Below are positions 15,171-23,944 of a DNA stretch of 64,000 bases, one piece after another; the first letter of the stretch is position 1; the number at the start of each line of letters is the position of its first letter. A program made the position numbers and the translations under genes. The notes under the pieces are model-generated. The model had not been told where the DNA came from, did no database searches, and worked only from the letters and a program-made list of their open reading frames with translations. Source of the stretch: Acutalibacteraceae bacterium. Its GTDB lineage: Bacteria; Bacillota; Clostridia; Oscillospirales; Acutalibacteraceae. The stretch covers positions 275 to 64,274 of the forward strand of contig JAZQFX010000029.1 in the NCBI GenBank assembly GCA_045539695.1, in the 5' to 3' direction.

Positions 15171-15746
15171 ATGCAAGATAAAAACAGCTTGGACAAAAAA
15201 AGTCAAAATATAATAAAAGAGCAGTTTTTCGAACGATTCAATATTGATACATTGGTTGCTAAAGATTTTGTAGCGGAGTATATTAAAGTAGATATGTACT
15301 GTAACCTTGATAAATTTGGTATAATATGCAGATATGGTACGGTAGGATTATGTGCGGAATATTTTGATGACTATGCAGAAATATTTTTTATGTCCAATGG
15401 AAGACTTGGAGCTGAAAAAGAAAAAATAATGCTTCAAGATATTTCTAATATTATTTGCAAAATACATAACAAAGATGTTGAAATAGTGTCAGGGGCAACG
15501 GTTAAAGTTTCGGATGAAGCAAAGAAAAACTTTGGCTTTGATTATTACTTTTTTGATATATACGATTTTGATTTTACTTATTTAAATAAACCAATCTATA
15601 TAATTATGCCTGTTCAGATATATGAAAATGAGTATAATTATCTTCAAGCAAACGGATTGGATGCTTTTTTGAAAGAATATCAAAAACAAGTGCCCAAGGA
15701 AGATCAATTGGCTTTCGGTTTGTCCCGAAAACAAATGAATGTATAA
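15171..15746 (+). CDS. Hypothetical protein (191 aa)
   Basis: An AAAGGAG RBS is present. The gene lies 15 nt after the previous one. Confidence 0.5.
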   Translation: MQDKNSLDKKSQNIIKEQFFERFNIDTLVAKDFVAEYIKVDMYCNLDKFGIICRYGTVGLCAEYFDDYAEIFFMSNGRLGAEKEKIMLQDISNIICKIHNKDVEIVSGATVKVSDEAKKNFGFDYYFFDIYDFDFTYLNKPIYIIMPVQIYENEYNYLQANGLDAFLKEYQKQVPKEDQLAFGLSRKQMNV

Positions 15747-15758
15747 TTGGTTTTAATG

Positions 15759-15789
15759 ACGAAACTCCGCCAAAAAGGCGGAGTTTCGT
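15759..15789. terminator. Bidirectional terminator between convergent genes
   Basis: A 13-bp perfect stem, ACGAAACTCCGCC / GGCGGAGTTTCGT, with an AAAAA loop. Confidence 0.7.
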
Positions 15790-15792
15790 GTT

Positions 15793-17289
15793 CTAGTTTA
15801 CAACTTCTCGTAATTTCTCCCACACCTTAACCATTGCATATGTATCAAGTTCGCAATATTTGAGCAGGTTGTGGCGGGTGCGGGCAGCTTCATCGGGTTC
15901 CATATCTTTAATGTGTGGAAATATTGTCATTGCCTCGGTGCCGTTGTGAATATCCTCGAGATTGTGATAATCAAGCTCGTGGTCGTTGGGGAACAGTGCC
16001 GGGAGCACGCTCTTGATTGAAAAGCTACCGCCCATATCTCGCGTGTAATAATGACCTGACTGAAAGGGTTTTAGCAAATCAACAATATTTTCCCTTATAT
16101 TCATCAGGTGGTCGGCAAGGTCGGGGAAACTTTCGGCAAGCTCTTTAAGTCTGCTACATTCAAAGCCCTTGTTATACGCCGTTACACAAACACCCATAGG
16201 TATGTTTTCGCAAAGGCTTTCGGCAATGGGGCGGCGGGGGTCAACGCCCGATTCGGCCAAAAACTCTTTGTGCTTTAGTTCGCCGCCCTCGTGTTCAATA
16301 TAGTGTAGCGAATACTGAAACGGTATTTGCTGATATGGATGGGTGCTGGGAAATTCGGGAATAGTTAACTGCATCGTTTCAAAATCAAGAAAATATAACG
16401 GATACGAAAGGTTGTCAAGGAAATCTTCGATGCCTTTTTTAAATATATATGGCTCGCGAGTTTCGGTGGCGTGAAGCATCTGTATTATCCATTTTTCGTT
16501 TTTGATTTTGGTATCATAAAGCAATTGTTCGTAAGATGTTTTACCTTCATAATAGTATTTAAGAGCGGGTTTAAACTGTATCCTATAAAGGTCAAAAACA
16601 TTTGGCTTTGGCAAATGCTTGGTGCAGTGACCCCAAAACGCACAGTCATATGGATCGCGGCAATGAAGACCTATGTCTTTTTGTGGTTCCTCTTTCATAG
16701 CGTAGATGGCTTCCGCTTTTTTCAATAACGAAGGCACATTCTGGAATTCATCGTTTACTTCCGCAGATATATCAATTATTTGAAAAAATTTGTGTATATC
16801 AATTTCCTCACCACGAACATAGTTACTATCTATACAGATAAGGTATGTTCCGGTGATATTTATACCGCAATGCTCTAAAACATATTTTTGATATGATACA
16901 TCAACGGCATAAATGTGTGATGCGTGGGTAGAGCTTTTAACCTCGTAAATCGCATATCCATCGGCTGTTTTGCGCAGAATATCTACCGCGCAATAAAGAC
17001 CGTTATAGTCAAAAGATGCCTCACATATATTTTCTACTCCGTTAGCAATACACTGCTTTGTCAGTTCTTTCATACGGTTAAGGTCGAGGCTGCCGTCGGG
17101 TTTGTGAGCGGTTACCTCAACATAATCACCGAACAGCCCCATAGCCATATCGCCCACAACATTACCGCCGTCAAAGCGCGCCTGAAGCGCTGCGTCAACG
17201 GGTTTTAGTTCTGGTCTATATTTGTTTAGCCATAAATTTTTTGGACACTGCCATACTTGACAGTATTTTGATTTTGAAAAGTAGAACAT
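15793..17289 (-). CDS. DUF2779 domain protein (PD-(D/E)xK-like N-terminus, exonuclease-like C-terminus)
   Basis: The N-terminus MFYFSKSKYCQVWQCPKNLWLNKY matches the remembered DUF2779 signature (SKS..f..g.QCpK.LWL). The gene is visibly more GC-rich than both flanks. Confidence 0.7.
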   Translation of the reverse strand: MFYFSKSKYCQVWQCPKNLWLNKYRPELKPVDAALQARFDGGNVVGDMAMGLFGDYVEVTAHKPDGSLDLNRMKELTKQCIANGVENICEASFDYNGLYCAVDILRKTADGYAIYEVKSSTHASHIYAVDVSYQKYVLEHCGINITGTYLICIDSNYVRGEEIDIHKFFQIIDISAEVNDEFQNVPSLLKKAEAIYAMKEEPQKDIGLHCRDPYDCAFWGHCTKHLPKPNVFDLYRIQFKPALKYYYEGKTSYEQLLYDTKIKNEKWIIQMLHATETREPYIFKKGIEDFLDNLSYPLYFLDFETMQLTIPEFPSTHPYQQIPFQYSLHYIEHEGGELKHKEFLAESGVDPRRPIAESLCENIPMGVCVTAYNKGFECSRLKELAESFPDLADHLMNIRENIVDLLKPFQSGHYYTRDMGGSFSIKSVLPALFPNDHELDYHNLEDIHNGTEAMTIFPHIKDMEPDEAARTRHNLLKYCELDTYAMVKVWEKLREVVN

Positions 17290-17318
17290 ATCTTTACCTC
17301 TAAGCGTACATTTTTTAC

Positions 17319-17329
17319 ATTATACCACA
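17319..17329 (-). promoter_or_regulatory. Extended -10 promoter element (TGTGGTATAAT)
   Basis: The minus strand has TGnTATAAT about 30 nt upstream of the DUF2779 start, followed by an AGAGGTAAAGA RBS. Confidence 0.45.
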
Positions 17330-17499
17330 TAAAAGCATAAAATCACACCTTTTTATAAAACTCTCTCAAATTTATCAGGATTTGTTTTAATATAATACGG
17401 ATAGTCGACCGCAAATAAAAGCATCGCACTCAACGTTCCAATTTTGGTACATAGAGTGTGGTATTTTATATATAGTGAATTTTTTGAAGGGGGCTTTAT

Positions 17500-17892
17500 A
17501 TGAGTATTTACAAAGGTATATTTTGGTATGTTCCGGGTGAACACAAGCTTATCGCAGTTAAAGTCGCTTGTGATGAAAATGGCAATGCGTTAGAAAATAC
17601 AAACTATTCCTCTAAATCGGGAGAGAATTTTAATCACAAAATCGAATGGAATAAGCTTCATAAGGACGTAACCAAAAAGAATCCTTACAACTATTACCCA
17701 CGTGGAAGGGTTGAAATTAAAAATAGCAAGGTAAAAATCTTTTTAAATTCCACTTTAAATGAGTCTGAATTACTTAAATTAATCTATTCGGAATTTTCTT
17801 TGTCTAACTATATTGAGCTTAAAGCAATTTCCGATAATTCAAAACATTACAATTATTTAATGGAATATGGAAAAGGTGATAAAAATGAATGA
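17500..17892 (+). CDS. Hypothetical protein (130 aa)
   Basis: A GAAGGGGG RBS is present. The conserved-looking stretch YNYYPRGRVEI was not assigned to any family. Confidence 0.55.
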   Translation: MSIYKGIFWYVPGEHKLIAVKVACDENGNALENTNYSSKSGENFNHKIEWNKLHKDVTKKNPYNYYPRGRVEIKNSKVKIFLNSTLNESELLKLIYSEFSLSNYIELKAISDNSKHYNYLMEYGKGDKNE

Positions 17893-18319
17893 CAGTGCAT
17901 TTAAAACAAAAAGTTTATTTACAAATCTAAAATACTGTATTCAAAGAATTAGACGTGGTTATTGCGATGCGGATCTTTGGGATATGGATAGTTGGTTCAT
18001 GGCTGTCATTGTCCCTATGCTTCGACAATTCGACAAAACCAGATTTGGCTGGCCAACACCTATTCAAGAGCATTATATAGAAGAACATATGGCAAAATAT
18101 GGTGTCGACCGTGACGAACTCCTTTGTAACTACGGCGAAGAACTTGAAGAAGTTTGCAACAGAAAATGGAGCGAGATCCTTAACAAATTAGCAGATAATT
18201 TTGAAATGGTTAATGAACTTGAGTTTAGTGACAAAAGAGGCGACCAAGAGAAACAAGAAGAACTCAAGAACAAGTGCTTTGAAACTTTTTCTAAATGGTT
18301 CTTTTATCTTTGGGATTGA
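17885..18319 (+). CDS. Hypothetical protein (144 aa)
   Basis: The start overlaps the upstream stop (ATGAATGA) and is preceded by an AAAGGTGA RBS. Confidence 0.5.
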   Translation: MNDSAFKTKSLFTNLKYCIQRIRRGYCDADLWDMDSWFMAVIVPMLRQFDKTRFGWPTPIQEHYIEEHMAKYGVDRDELLCNYGEELEEVCNRKWSEILNKLADNFEMVNELEFSDKRGDQEKQEELKNKCFETFSKWFFYLWD

Positions 18320-18331
18320 GGGGTATATTTT

Positions 18332-19030
18332 ATGATTTACGCTATGAGCGACCTACATGGTTGTTACGACAAGTATATTAAAATGCTTGAAAAGATAAGG
18401 TTTAACGAAAATGACATCCTTTATATATTGGGCGATATTGTTGACAGGGGTCCTGATGGAATAAAAATTTGGCAAGACATTATAAATCGAAAAAATGTTA
18501 TTGCGCTTCGTGGTAACCATGATTTTTTAGCATATCACTTACTTAAAATTTTAAGCAAAAGTTCCTTGTTTGATGTTTTAGGTTCAGGACAAGACGATGG
18601 ATTTGTAGAAAAATATCGCAGTTGGATTTTTGATGGCGGCTTATCTACTGAAGAAGGCTTTAATGAGTTAGATGAATCTGAAAAAAAGAAACTCTTACTG
18701 CATATGAGCTATATGCCGATTTACGAAGAAATTGAAGTAAACGGTAATAAATTCTTTTTATCTCACACCGTTCCTAGTAAAGAACGGATGCAGAATTTTA
18801 ATAAGCTTTTATGGCAGGAATTTATTATTGGTGAACCGGAATATGAAAAAGAATACTTCCCTGATAAGTTTATCGTAACCGGGCATACACCGACAGGATT
18901 TATTGATCCAAAATGCAAAGGTAAAATCTGGCATGGCAATAATCATATTGCCATTGAATGTGGTGCTGCATTCGGCAATCCGCTTGGCTGCATTTGCCTT
19001 GATACTCTTGAAGAATTTTATGTGGAATAA
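18332..19030 (+). CDS. PPP-family metallophosphoesterase (lambda-phosphatase/PrpE-like Ser/Thr phosphatase or Ap4A hydrolase)
   Basis: Motifs present are MSDLHGCYD, LGDIVDRGPDG, LRGNHD and GHTP. Confidence 0.8.
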   Translation: MIYAMSDLHGCYDKYIKMLEKIRFNENDILYILGDIVDRGPDGIKIWQDIINRKNVIALRGNHDFLAYHLLKILSKSSLFDVLGSGQDDGFVEKYRSWIFDGGLSTEEGFNELDESEKKKLLLHMSYMPIYEEIEVNGNKFFLSHTVPSKERMQNFNKLLWQEFIIGEPEYEKEYFPDKFIVTGHTPTGFIDPKCKGKIWHGNNHIAIECGAAFGNPLGCICLDTLEEFYVE

Positions 19031-19047
19031 TTGAAAAGAGGGTTTTT

Positions 19048-20181
19048 ATGAGATTCAAAATAACATCAGCAGGAAATAATTCGACATTTGGGGATGTGTT
19101 TTTTAGTGTGCCTACAAAAGAAGAAATGCAAAAGGCAGAAAAAAGAGTTGCAGAAATTTGTCATGAAAAAGCATTAAAGATATATAAAGATAACCCAAAC
19201 GTTTTTGAGAACGAAATATTTACCAGAATCGAAAAAGAAATCGAAAAAATGAGTGCCACCGAAACGGTATATCATTTCCTAGTTTTGAAAGAAATCGCAG
19301 AAGTATCCAGAGAAGCGGGATTCCCTATTATGACCGAAGGCAACCTTTCCGGTTCTGTTATTTCTTACTTACTTGGTATTACCGAATACGACCCTATGAG
19401 TTTCAACCTGGATTATACCCCAATTGAACTTCTTTGGGGCACAGATGAAACTGTTTTAACACCAGATTTTTCTACAGGCATCGCTCCGCAAATCCGTCCG
19501 TTAATACATAGCAGATTGGATTCAAAATATGGATTTGTTGACTGTAATAAAGATATTTACAAGCAACTCTCGCTGACAGATACTACCATATGCGAACGAC
19601 TGGGGCAACTCTTGAAAGTCACCGATACAAAACCATCCTTTAAAGATTATAACGATAAGATTTATATTCAAGTTATCAAAAATATTGCAGATGATTATAT
19701 TTGCGAATTTGAAGAACTAAAAAAAGAAGGCTATATGTTTGATGAAGAACTGCCCCACGTTTTATCTTTCGCAAAAGATTTAAAGCTGATGAAACATTGT
19801 AATTTTAAACAATTACTTCGTTTATATGCATATCGACACGGATCTTTCAACACTAAGAAAAGTCTAAGCACTTTATCAAATGATTTCTTTACTACTCGTG
19901 ATGAATTCTTCAATGCATTAATTTATCATAAAGTCCCCGATGCCGTTGCTTTGGACATTGTAAAAAAAGGCGTATGGTCAACCCAAGACAAACGCAAAAA
20001 ATATACAGAAATTCTCAGCTCTTATAACACACCCGAATGTGTATCTGAATACTTTTCCAATGTCCGTCATCTTTGGGAAACACATGCTTGTATTAGCAGA
20101 TTGATGCTTATGTGTACTATTGCCTGGTACCAAATTAATTACCCCACAGAGTTTATGACACTTGAAAATGGAGAATTATAA
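19048..20181 (+). CDS. Truncated, catalytically degenerate PolC-like protein (mini C-family polymerase paralog)
   Basis: GNLSGSVISYLLGITEYDP corresponds to the PolC motif RGSVGSSxVAxLxGITxVNPL. TPDFSTG replaces the catalytic PDIDLNF. The C-terminal HACISRLMLMCTIAWYQINYPTEF corresponds to FPKAH...YPxEF. Confidence 0.6.
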   Translation: MRFKITSAGNNSTFGDVFFSVPTKEEMQKAEKRVAEICHEKALKIYKDNPNVFENEIFTRIEKEIEKMSATETVYHFLVLKEIAEVSREAGFPIMTEGNLSGSVISYLLGITEYDPMSFNLDYTPIELLWGTDETVLTPDFSTGIAPQIRPLIHSRLDSKYGFVDCNKDIYKQLSLTDTTICERLGQLLKVTDTKPSFKDYNDKIYIQVIKNIADDYICEFEELKKEGYMFDEELPHVLSFAKDLKLMKHCNFKQLLRLYAYRHGSFNTKKSLSTLSNDFFTTRDEFFNALIYHKVPDAVALDIVKKGVWSTQDKRKKYTEILSSYNTPECVSEYFSNVRHLWETHACISRLMLMCTIAWYQINYPTEFMTLENGEL

Positions 20182-20182
20182 T

Positions 20183-21199
20183 ATGGATATTTTAAGATTT
20201 ATAAATTCAAAGGACATACGAGAATACCTAAAAACAATAAACTATGAATTCAATTCCCTCGAAGCAGCGTGGCTCATCTATCAGTGCAGGAATGCAACCA
20301 TTGAGGAAAAGCACGCGGCTTGGCGAGAACTCATTAATACTATGCCAGATTGTGAAATAAAACAAGCAGCTATTTGCCGGCATAGCCTTCATAGTTTTTT
20401 GAACGAGTTTTTAAAAACAGAAAACAAAATTTTAAATGAGTTTTTTAACAACACAGAAAATTCCATATATTCCTACGAGTGGTGGGAAGATAATATGTGG
20501 CACCCAAGAAATCCCTATTGTTCGAATTATGAAGATATTCTTGCTTCATATGACAGCCTTGAGAAATGCTTCAGTAAAAATGGCGTTTATTCTACCGAAT
20601 ATGAACGTCCCGAAAAATATAGAATAATCAAACAAGAGCTAAATAACGGAACCATCATAACAGTTATTTTTTCAAAAGATAATAAGGTTATTAATTATAG
20701 TTTTGGTTTTTCCCCGAGCAACAATGAGTATTTGTATGATGAGAGTGTACTTTTTACATTTGATAACCTATATTTCAACTTCCCTACTCCTTTCAAAAAA
20801 GGAGATATCTTATGTATACAATATGAACAATCCAATATCCCAAGGCATTTACATCGTGGCCCGTTTGTGCTGACAGAACTATGCACGGAAAATACTATGT
20901 TGCAAAAAATTCTTCGACCATTTGAAATGGTTGCGTCTGGAATTTTCCAAAATGAAAATGGGCTAATATATGAAGCTCCGACCACTAATTATATGGATCT
21001 TGAATATTACAGAGGCGAACTTGACGGCAAAAAGCAAATTTTGAAAGCCTTTAGAGATTTTTATATGAATAAACTTAACGTCATTGACCTCACAAATACA
21101 TACCACCTTACTTTAACCCAAGAAAACACCAAGGATATTGAATACTTCGTTAAGAACAATAAAAAAAGCGACAAGGAGGCTTGTTGTGAACATCCTTAA
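20183..21199 (+). CDS. Unknown-family protein, paralog A (338 aa)
   Basis: The start MDILRFINSKDIREYL has a GGAGA RBS. It shares FNSLEAAWLIYQCRNATIEEKHAAWRELI, FPTPFKKGDILC and YMDLEYYRGE with paralog B. Confidence 0.6.
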   Translation: MDILRFINSKDIREYLKTINYEFNSLEAAWLIYQCRNATIEEKHAAWRELINTMPDCEIKQAAICRHSLHSFLNEFLKTENKILNEFFNNTENSIYSYEWWEDNMWHPRNPYCSNYEDILASYDSLEKCFSKNGVYSTEYERPEKYRIIKQELNNGTIITVIFSKDNKVINYSFGFSPSNNEYLYDESVLFTFDNLYFNFPTPFKKGDILCIQYEQSNIPRHLHRGPFVLTELCTENTMLQKILRPFEMVASGIFQNENGLIYEAPTTNYMDLEYYRGELDGKKQILKAFRDFYMNKLNVIDLTNTYHLTLTQENTKDIEYFVKNNKKSDKEACCEHP

Positions 21200-22166
21200 T
21201 TTTATAAATTCAAAAGACATACGAGAACATATGAAAGCCATAAACTATGAGTTTAATTCCCTTGAGGCAGCTTGGCTCATCTATCAGTGCAGGAATGCAA
21301 CCATTGAGGAAAAGCACGCGGCTTGGCGAGAACTTATAAGAACAATGCCAGACTGTAAAATACCAGAGCGTATTAACGCTAACCCACACGATAGCTTACA
21401 CAATTATCTGCGGAAATACATTGATTACGAAGAAAACGTTTTTGATGAGTATTTTACCTCTACTGAAAATTGGATTTATACTGTCGAATGGTTAGAGCAA
21501 GACACTTGGTTTTCAAGTGACAAACTATATAAGACCTTTGAAAAAGCCCAACAAGAGTTACTTGAGGAGTTTAAAGATTGGGAAAGAAAATATATTTATA
21601 GAATCACTAAACAAAAGCTCGAGAGCAAGCAATACATAACCGTATATTTCGATAAGAATAACGAGCCGTATGATTACGGTATATGTGAATACCCCGAGAA
21701 ACTTACAGAAATTTTGTACGGAGTGTTTGACGGTCTTTGGTTTGACTTTCCGACACCGTTTAAAAAGGGAGATATTCTTTGCCAATATGATTTATATGGT
21801 AAAGAAACATCTGGATTTTGCCGTGGACCTTTTGTTATGAAAGGCATTACACCCGATGAAGTTCGAGATTGGACTAGAAAAGACGGAGACACAAGCGATA
21901 TGAACGCTTGGGGATATTTTCAAGGCCCTGACGGTACAATTTACTACGAAGTAATGCATAACTATATGGATCTTGAATACTACCGAGGCGAGTTTACAGG
22001 AAAAAAGCGAATTTTAAAGGCACTTGGTAACTTCCTTAAAGGCGAAATAGATGTTGAACTTATGTGCAGAGCGTATCATTATCTTATGTGCGATGAATAT
22101 ACTAAAGATTCTATTCCTCAAGGTTTTACAAATGAAGGCTTAAAGCTGGCAGGTGTAATAGAATGA
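21186..22166 (+). CDS. Unknown-family protein, paralog B (326 aa, GTG start)
   Basis: An AAGGAGG precedes the GTG at 21186 (VNILNFINSKDIREHM). It overlaps paralog A by 14 nt. Confidence 0.6.
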   Translation: MNILNFINSKDIREHMKAINYEFNSLEAAWLIYQCRNATIEEKHAAWRELIRTMPDCKIPERINANPHDSLHNYLRKYIDYEENVFDEYFTSTENWIYTVEWLEQDTWFSSDKLYKTFEKAQQELLEEFKDWERKYIYRITKQKLESKQYITVYFDKNNEPYDYGICEYPEKLTEILYGVFDGLWFDFPTPFKKGDILCQYDLYGKETSGFCRGPFVMKGITPDEVRDWTRKDGDTSDMNAWGYFQGPDGTIYYEVMHNYMDLEYYRGEFTGKKRILKALGNFLKGEIDVELMCRAYHYLMCDEYTKDSIPQGFTNEGLKLAGVIE

Positions 22167-22564
22167 ACATATTTATAGGGGGCTCTAAAAACATAGGTAG
22201 ACTGTCACCTACTGTAAAAAAGATGCTATGTTCCATAATCAGAAGTAATCATCATATTTTAATCGGTGACTGTTACGGTATCGATTTGGCCGTGCAACAC
22301 TTTTTGAATGAACAAAAATATGATAGCGTAACCGTTTATACTGCCTGCAATTGTGCAAGACATAACGTGGGCGGTTGGAAAGAAATAAATATAGCCACCG
22401 ATAATGTTGGATTTACTGCTCACAGAGAAAAAGATGATGCGATGGCAAACGCTTGTGATTTTGGAATTATGATTTGGAACGGTAGTAGCAAAGGAACCTT
22501 TGCCAATATTAAAGACTTAAGAACTTTAGGAAAAAAGGTTGTGGTTATAAATGAAGATACCTGA
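22163..22564 (+). CDS. Small SLOG/DprA-like Rossmann-fold protein (133 aa)
   Basis: IFIGGSKNI...ILIGDCYGIDLAVQHFL...VTVY...IMIWNGSSKGT follows the GSR / GDAxGxD / SxGT pattern of DprA and SLOG-type nucleotide-binding domains. The start overlaps the upstream stop as ATGA. Confidence 0.45.
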   Translation: MNIFIGGSKNIGRLSPTVKKMLCSIIRSNHHILIGDCYGIDLAVQHFLNEQKYDSVTVYTACNCARHNVGGWKEINIATDNVGFTAHREKDDAMANACDFGIMIWNGSSKGTFANIKDLRTLGKKVVVINEDT

Positions 22565-23612
22565 TTTGATAAACGAACTTTTTGAATCAAGAGAGATGTC
22601 TGAATACCTTATTGAACATTCCGCAGAACTCTCAAAATACAACATTTTGCGAATGGTTTGTAGCGCACCTATTGATATACGACGTAAAGCTGAAATATTA
22701 TTAGAACTTTCAAAGGATGAGAATATCGAAAAAGAAATAGCAGAAAAATTAAATTGCGGAAGCATAAATCATTCTGAGAAAAAAGAAATAATAGAACGAA
22801 TAAAAGAAGATTCTTTTCGCTTTAATTATGAATGCGTTTCAAAAGCAATAGAACACTTACATTGTAAATCTGGCGATGTATTTACTATGCAGAATATCTG
22901 GCACGATGAAGACGGTACTGTCACTCGCAAAAAGGGTGATTTTTATCTGTCATCCTCCTTTGAAAACATATTGACCTTAATCAAAGATTATATGGAGTTC
23001 GAAGGATGGTCTTTTATCGATAAAAATGCATATTCTTGGTTTGAAATAACAAAGTGGTCTCTCAATAAAAACGGTGACTACGATGCAATTATTGTATATG
23101 AGTTTGTAAATAACAAACTTATGTATTATTTCTATGTAGAAGACAAAAAATCAAACTTCAATATATTTGAGCCTAATTGCGACCTGAATTTAACAACTCC
23201 GTTTACAACAGGTAATATTTTGACTGTTGATTGCTGTCCTTATAAACCCGAAAGAAATATACTCATTCTTGAAAATATCACTAACGACGATTGCTGTTCC
23301 TTACAAGGATTGTATTATGATCCTACTATACAACTCTTTAACATTGGCGCCGTTAAACATGCCTCTATGTATCGCGGATTGTACCGTCCATCCGTTTCAC
23401 CATTATACCGAATCTCTGAGAATGTTAATGAACTGTCCAATGAAGAAGCAATCTTCAAGGATATTAAATCATTTTTAAGCGGAGATTCCCAAAAAGGACA
23501 AGAAATGTGGTCATGGATTTACAACACCAAAACAAACAAAGAAAAAAGAAAGTTAAAGAATTCGGATGGTGTTACAGCTGAAGAAATCAGACGATATATG
23601 GAGGAAAATTAA
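22551..23612 (+). CDS. Unknown-family protein, divergent paralog C (353 aa)
   Basis: It has the same length and layout as A and B: an N-terminal helical segment, then LNLTTPFTTGNILTV matching FNFPTPFKKGDILC. It overlaps the upstream gene by 14 nt. Confidence 0.55.
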   Translation: MKIPDLINELFESREMSEYLIEHSAELSKYNILRMVCSAPIDIRRKAEILLELSKDENIEKEIAEKLNCGSINHSEKKEIIERIKEDSFRFNYECVSKAIEHLHCKSGDVFTMQNIWHDEDGTVTRKKGDFYLSSSFENILTLIKDYMEFEGWSFIDKNAYSWFEITKWSLNKNGDYDAIIVYEFVNNKLMYYFYVEDKKSNFNIFEPNCDLNLTTPFTTGNILTVDCCPYKPERNILILENITNDDCCSLQGLYYDPTIQLFNIGAVKHASMYRGLYRPSVSPLYRISENVNELSNEEAIFKDIKSFLSGDSQKGQEMWSWIYNTKTNKEKRKLKNSDGVTAEEIRRYMEEN

Positions 23613-23613
23613 G

Positions 23614-23907
23614 ATGTATTTTATCACTTGTTTTAATCAAATTGAAAACGACTTCTCTGATGATATAAGAACTTTCGGTTTTTTTAAAGATATAAAAACT
23701 TGCCGAGAAGCTCTTAATGAAAATTGGTGTGATATGCATGAATGTTGTTACACCTTTGCCGTAATTGAACGAATAGAACCAGGAATCCATCCTAAATCCG
23801 AAAAGATCACTTGGTTCAAGTGGGATAAGAACAAATCTGGATTTTTTGAGGTTGATAACCCCATAGGTGCAGGTAATTTAAGCAATTATGCTATTGCCAT
23901 TGGATAA
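23614..23907 (+). CDS. Hypothetical protein (97 aa)
   Basis: A GGAGGA RBS is present. The start lies 2 nt after the upstream stop. Confidence 0.5.
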   Translation: MYFITCFNQIENDFSDDIRTFGFFKDIKTCREALNENWCDMHECCYTFAVIERIEPGIHPKSEKITWFKWDKNKSGFFEVDNPIGAGNLSNYAIAIG

Positions 23908-23944
23908 GCCTATAAATCATAAAACAGAATGAGGTAAAAGACAT

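Noticed and set aside
17301-17314. A shared 10-nt string CGTACATTTT (17305-17314 and 28439-28448), considered as a possible att-type direct repeat flanking the 17.5-28 kb block
   Set aside because: It is too short and AT-rich to distinguish from chance without comparative data, and no extended identity surrounds it.
20270-21334. A mobile repeat (MITE or IS fragment), suggested by the 62-nt identical tracts
   Set aside because: Both tracts lie in frame at the same position of two tandem paralogous genes. Tandem duplication with gene conversion explains them.
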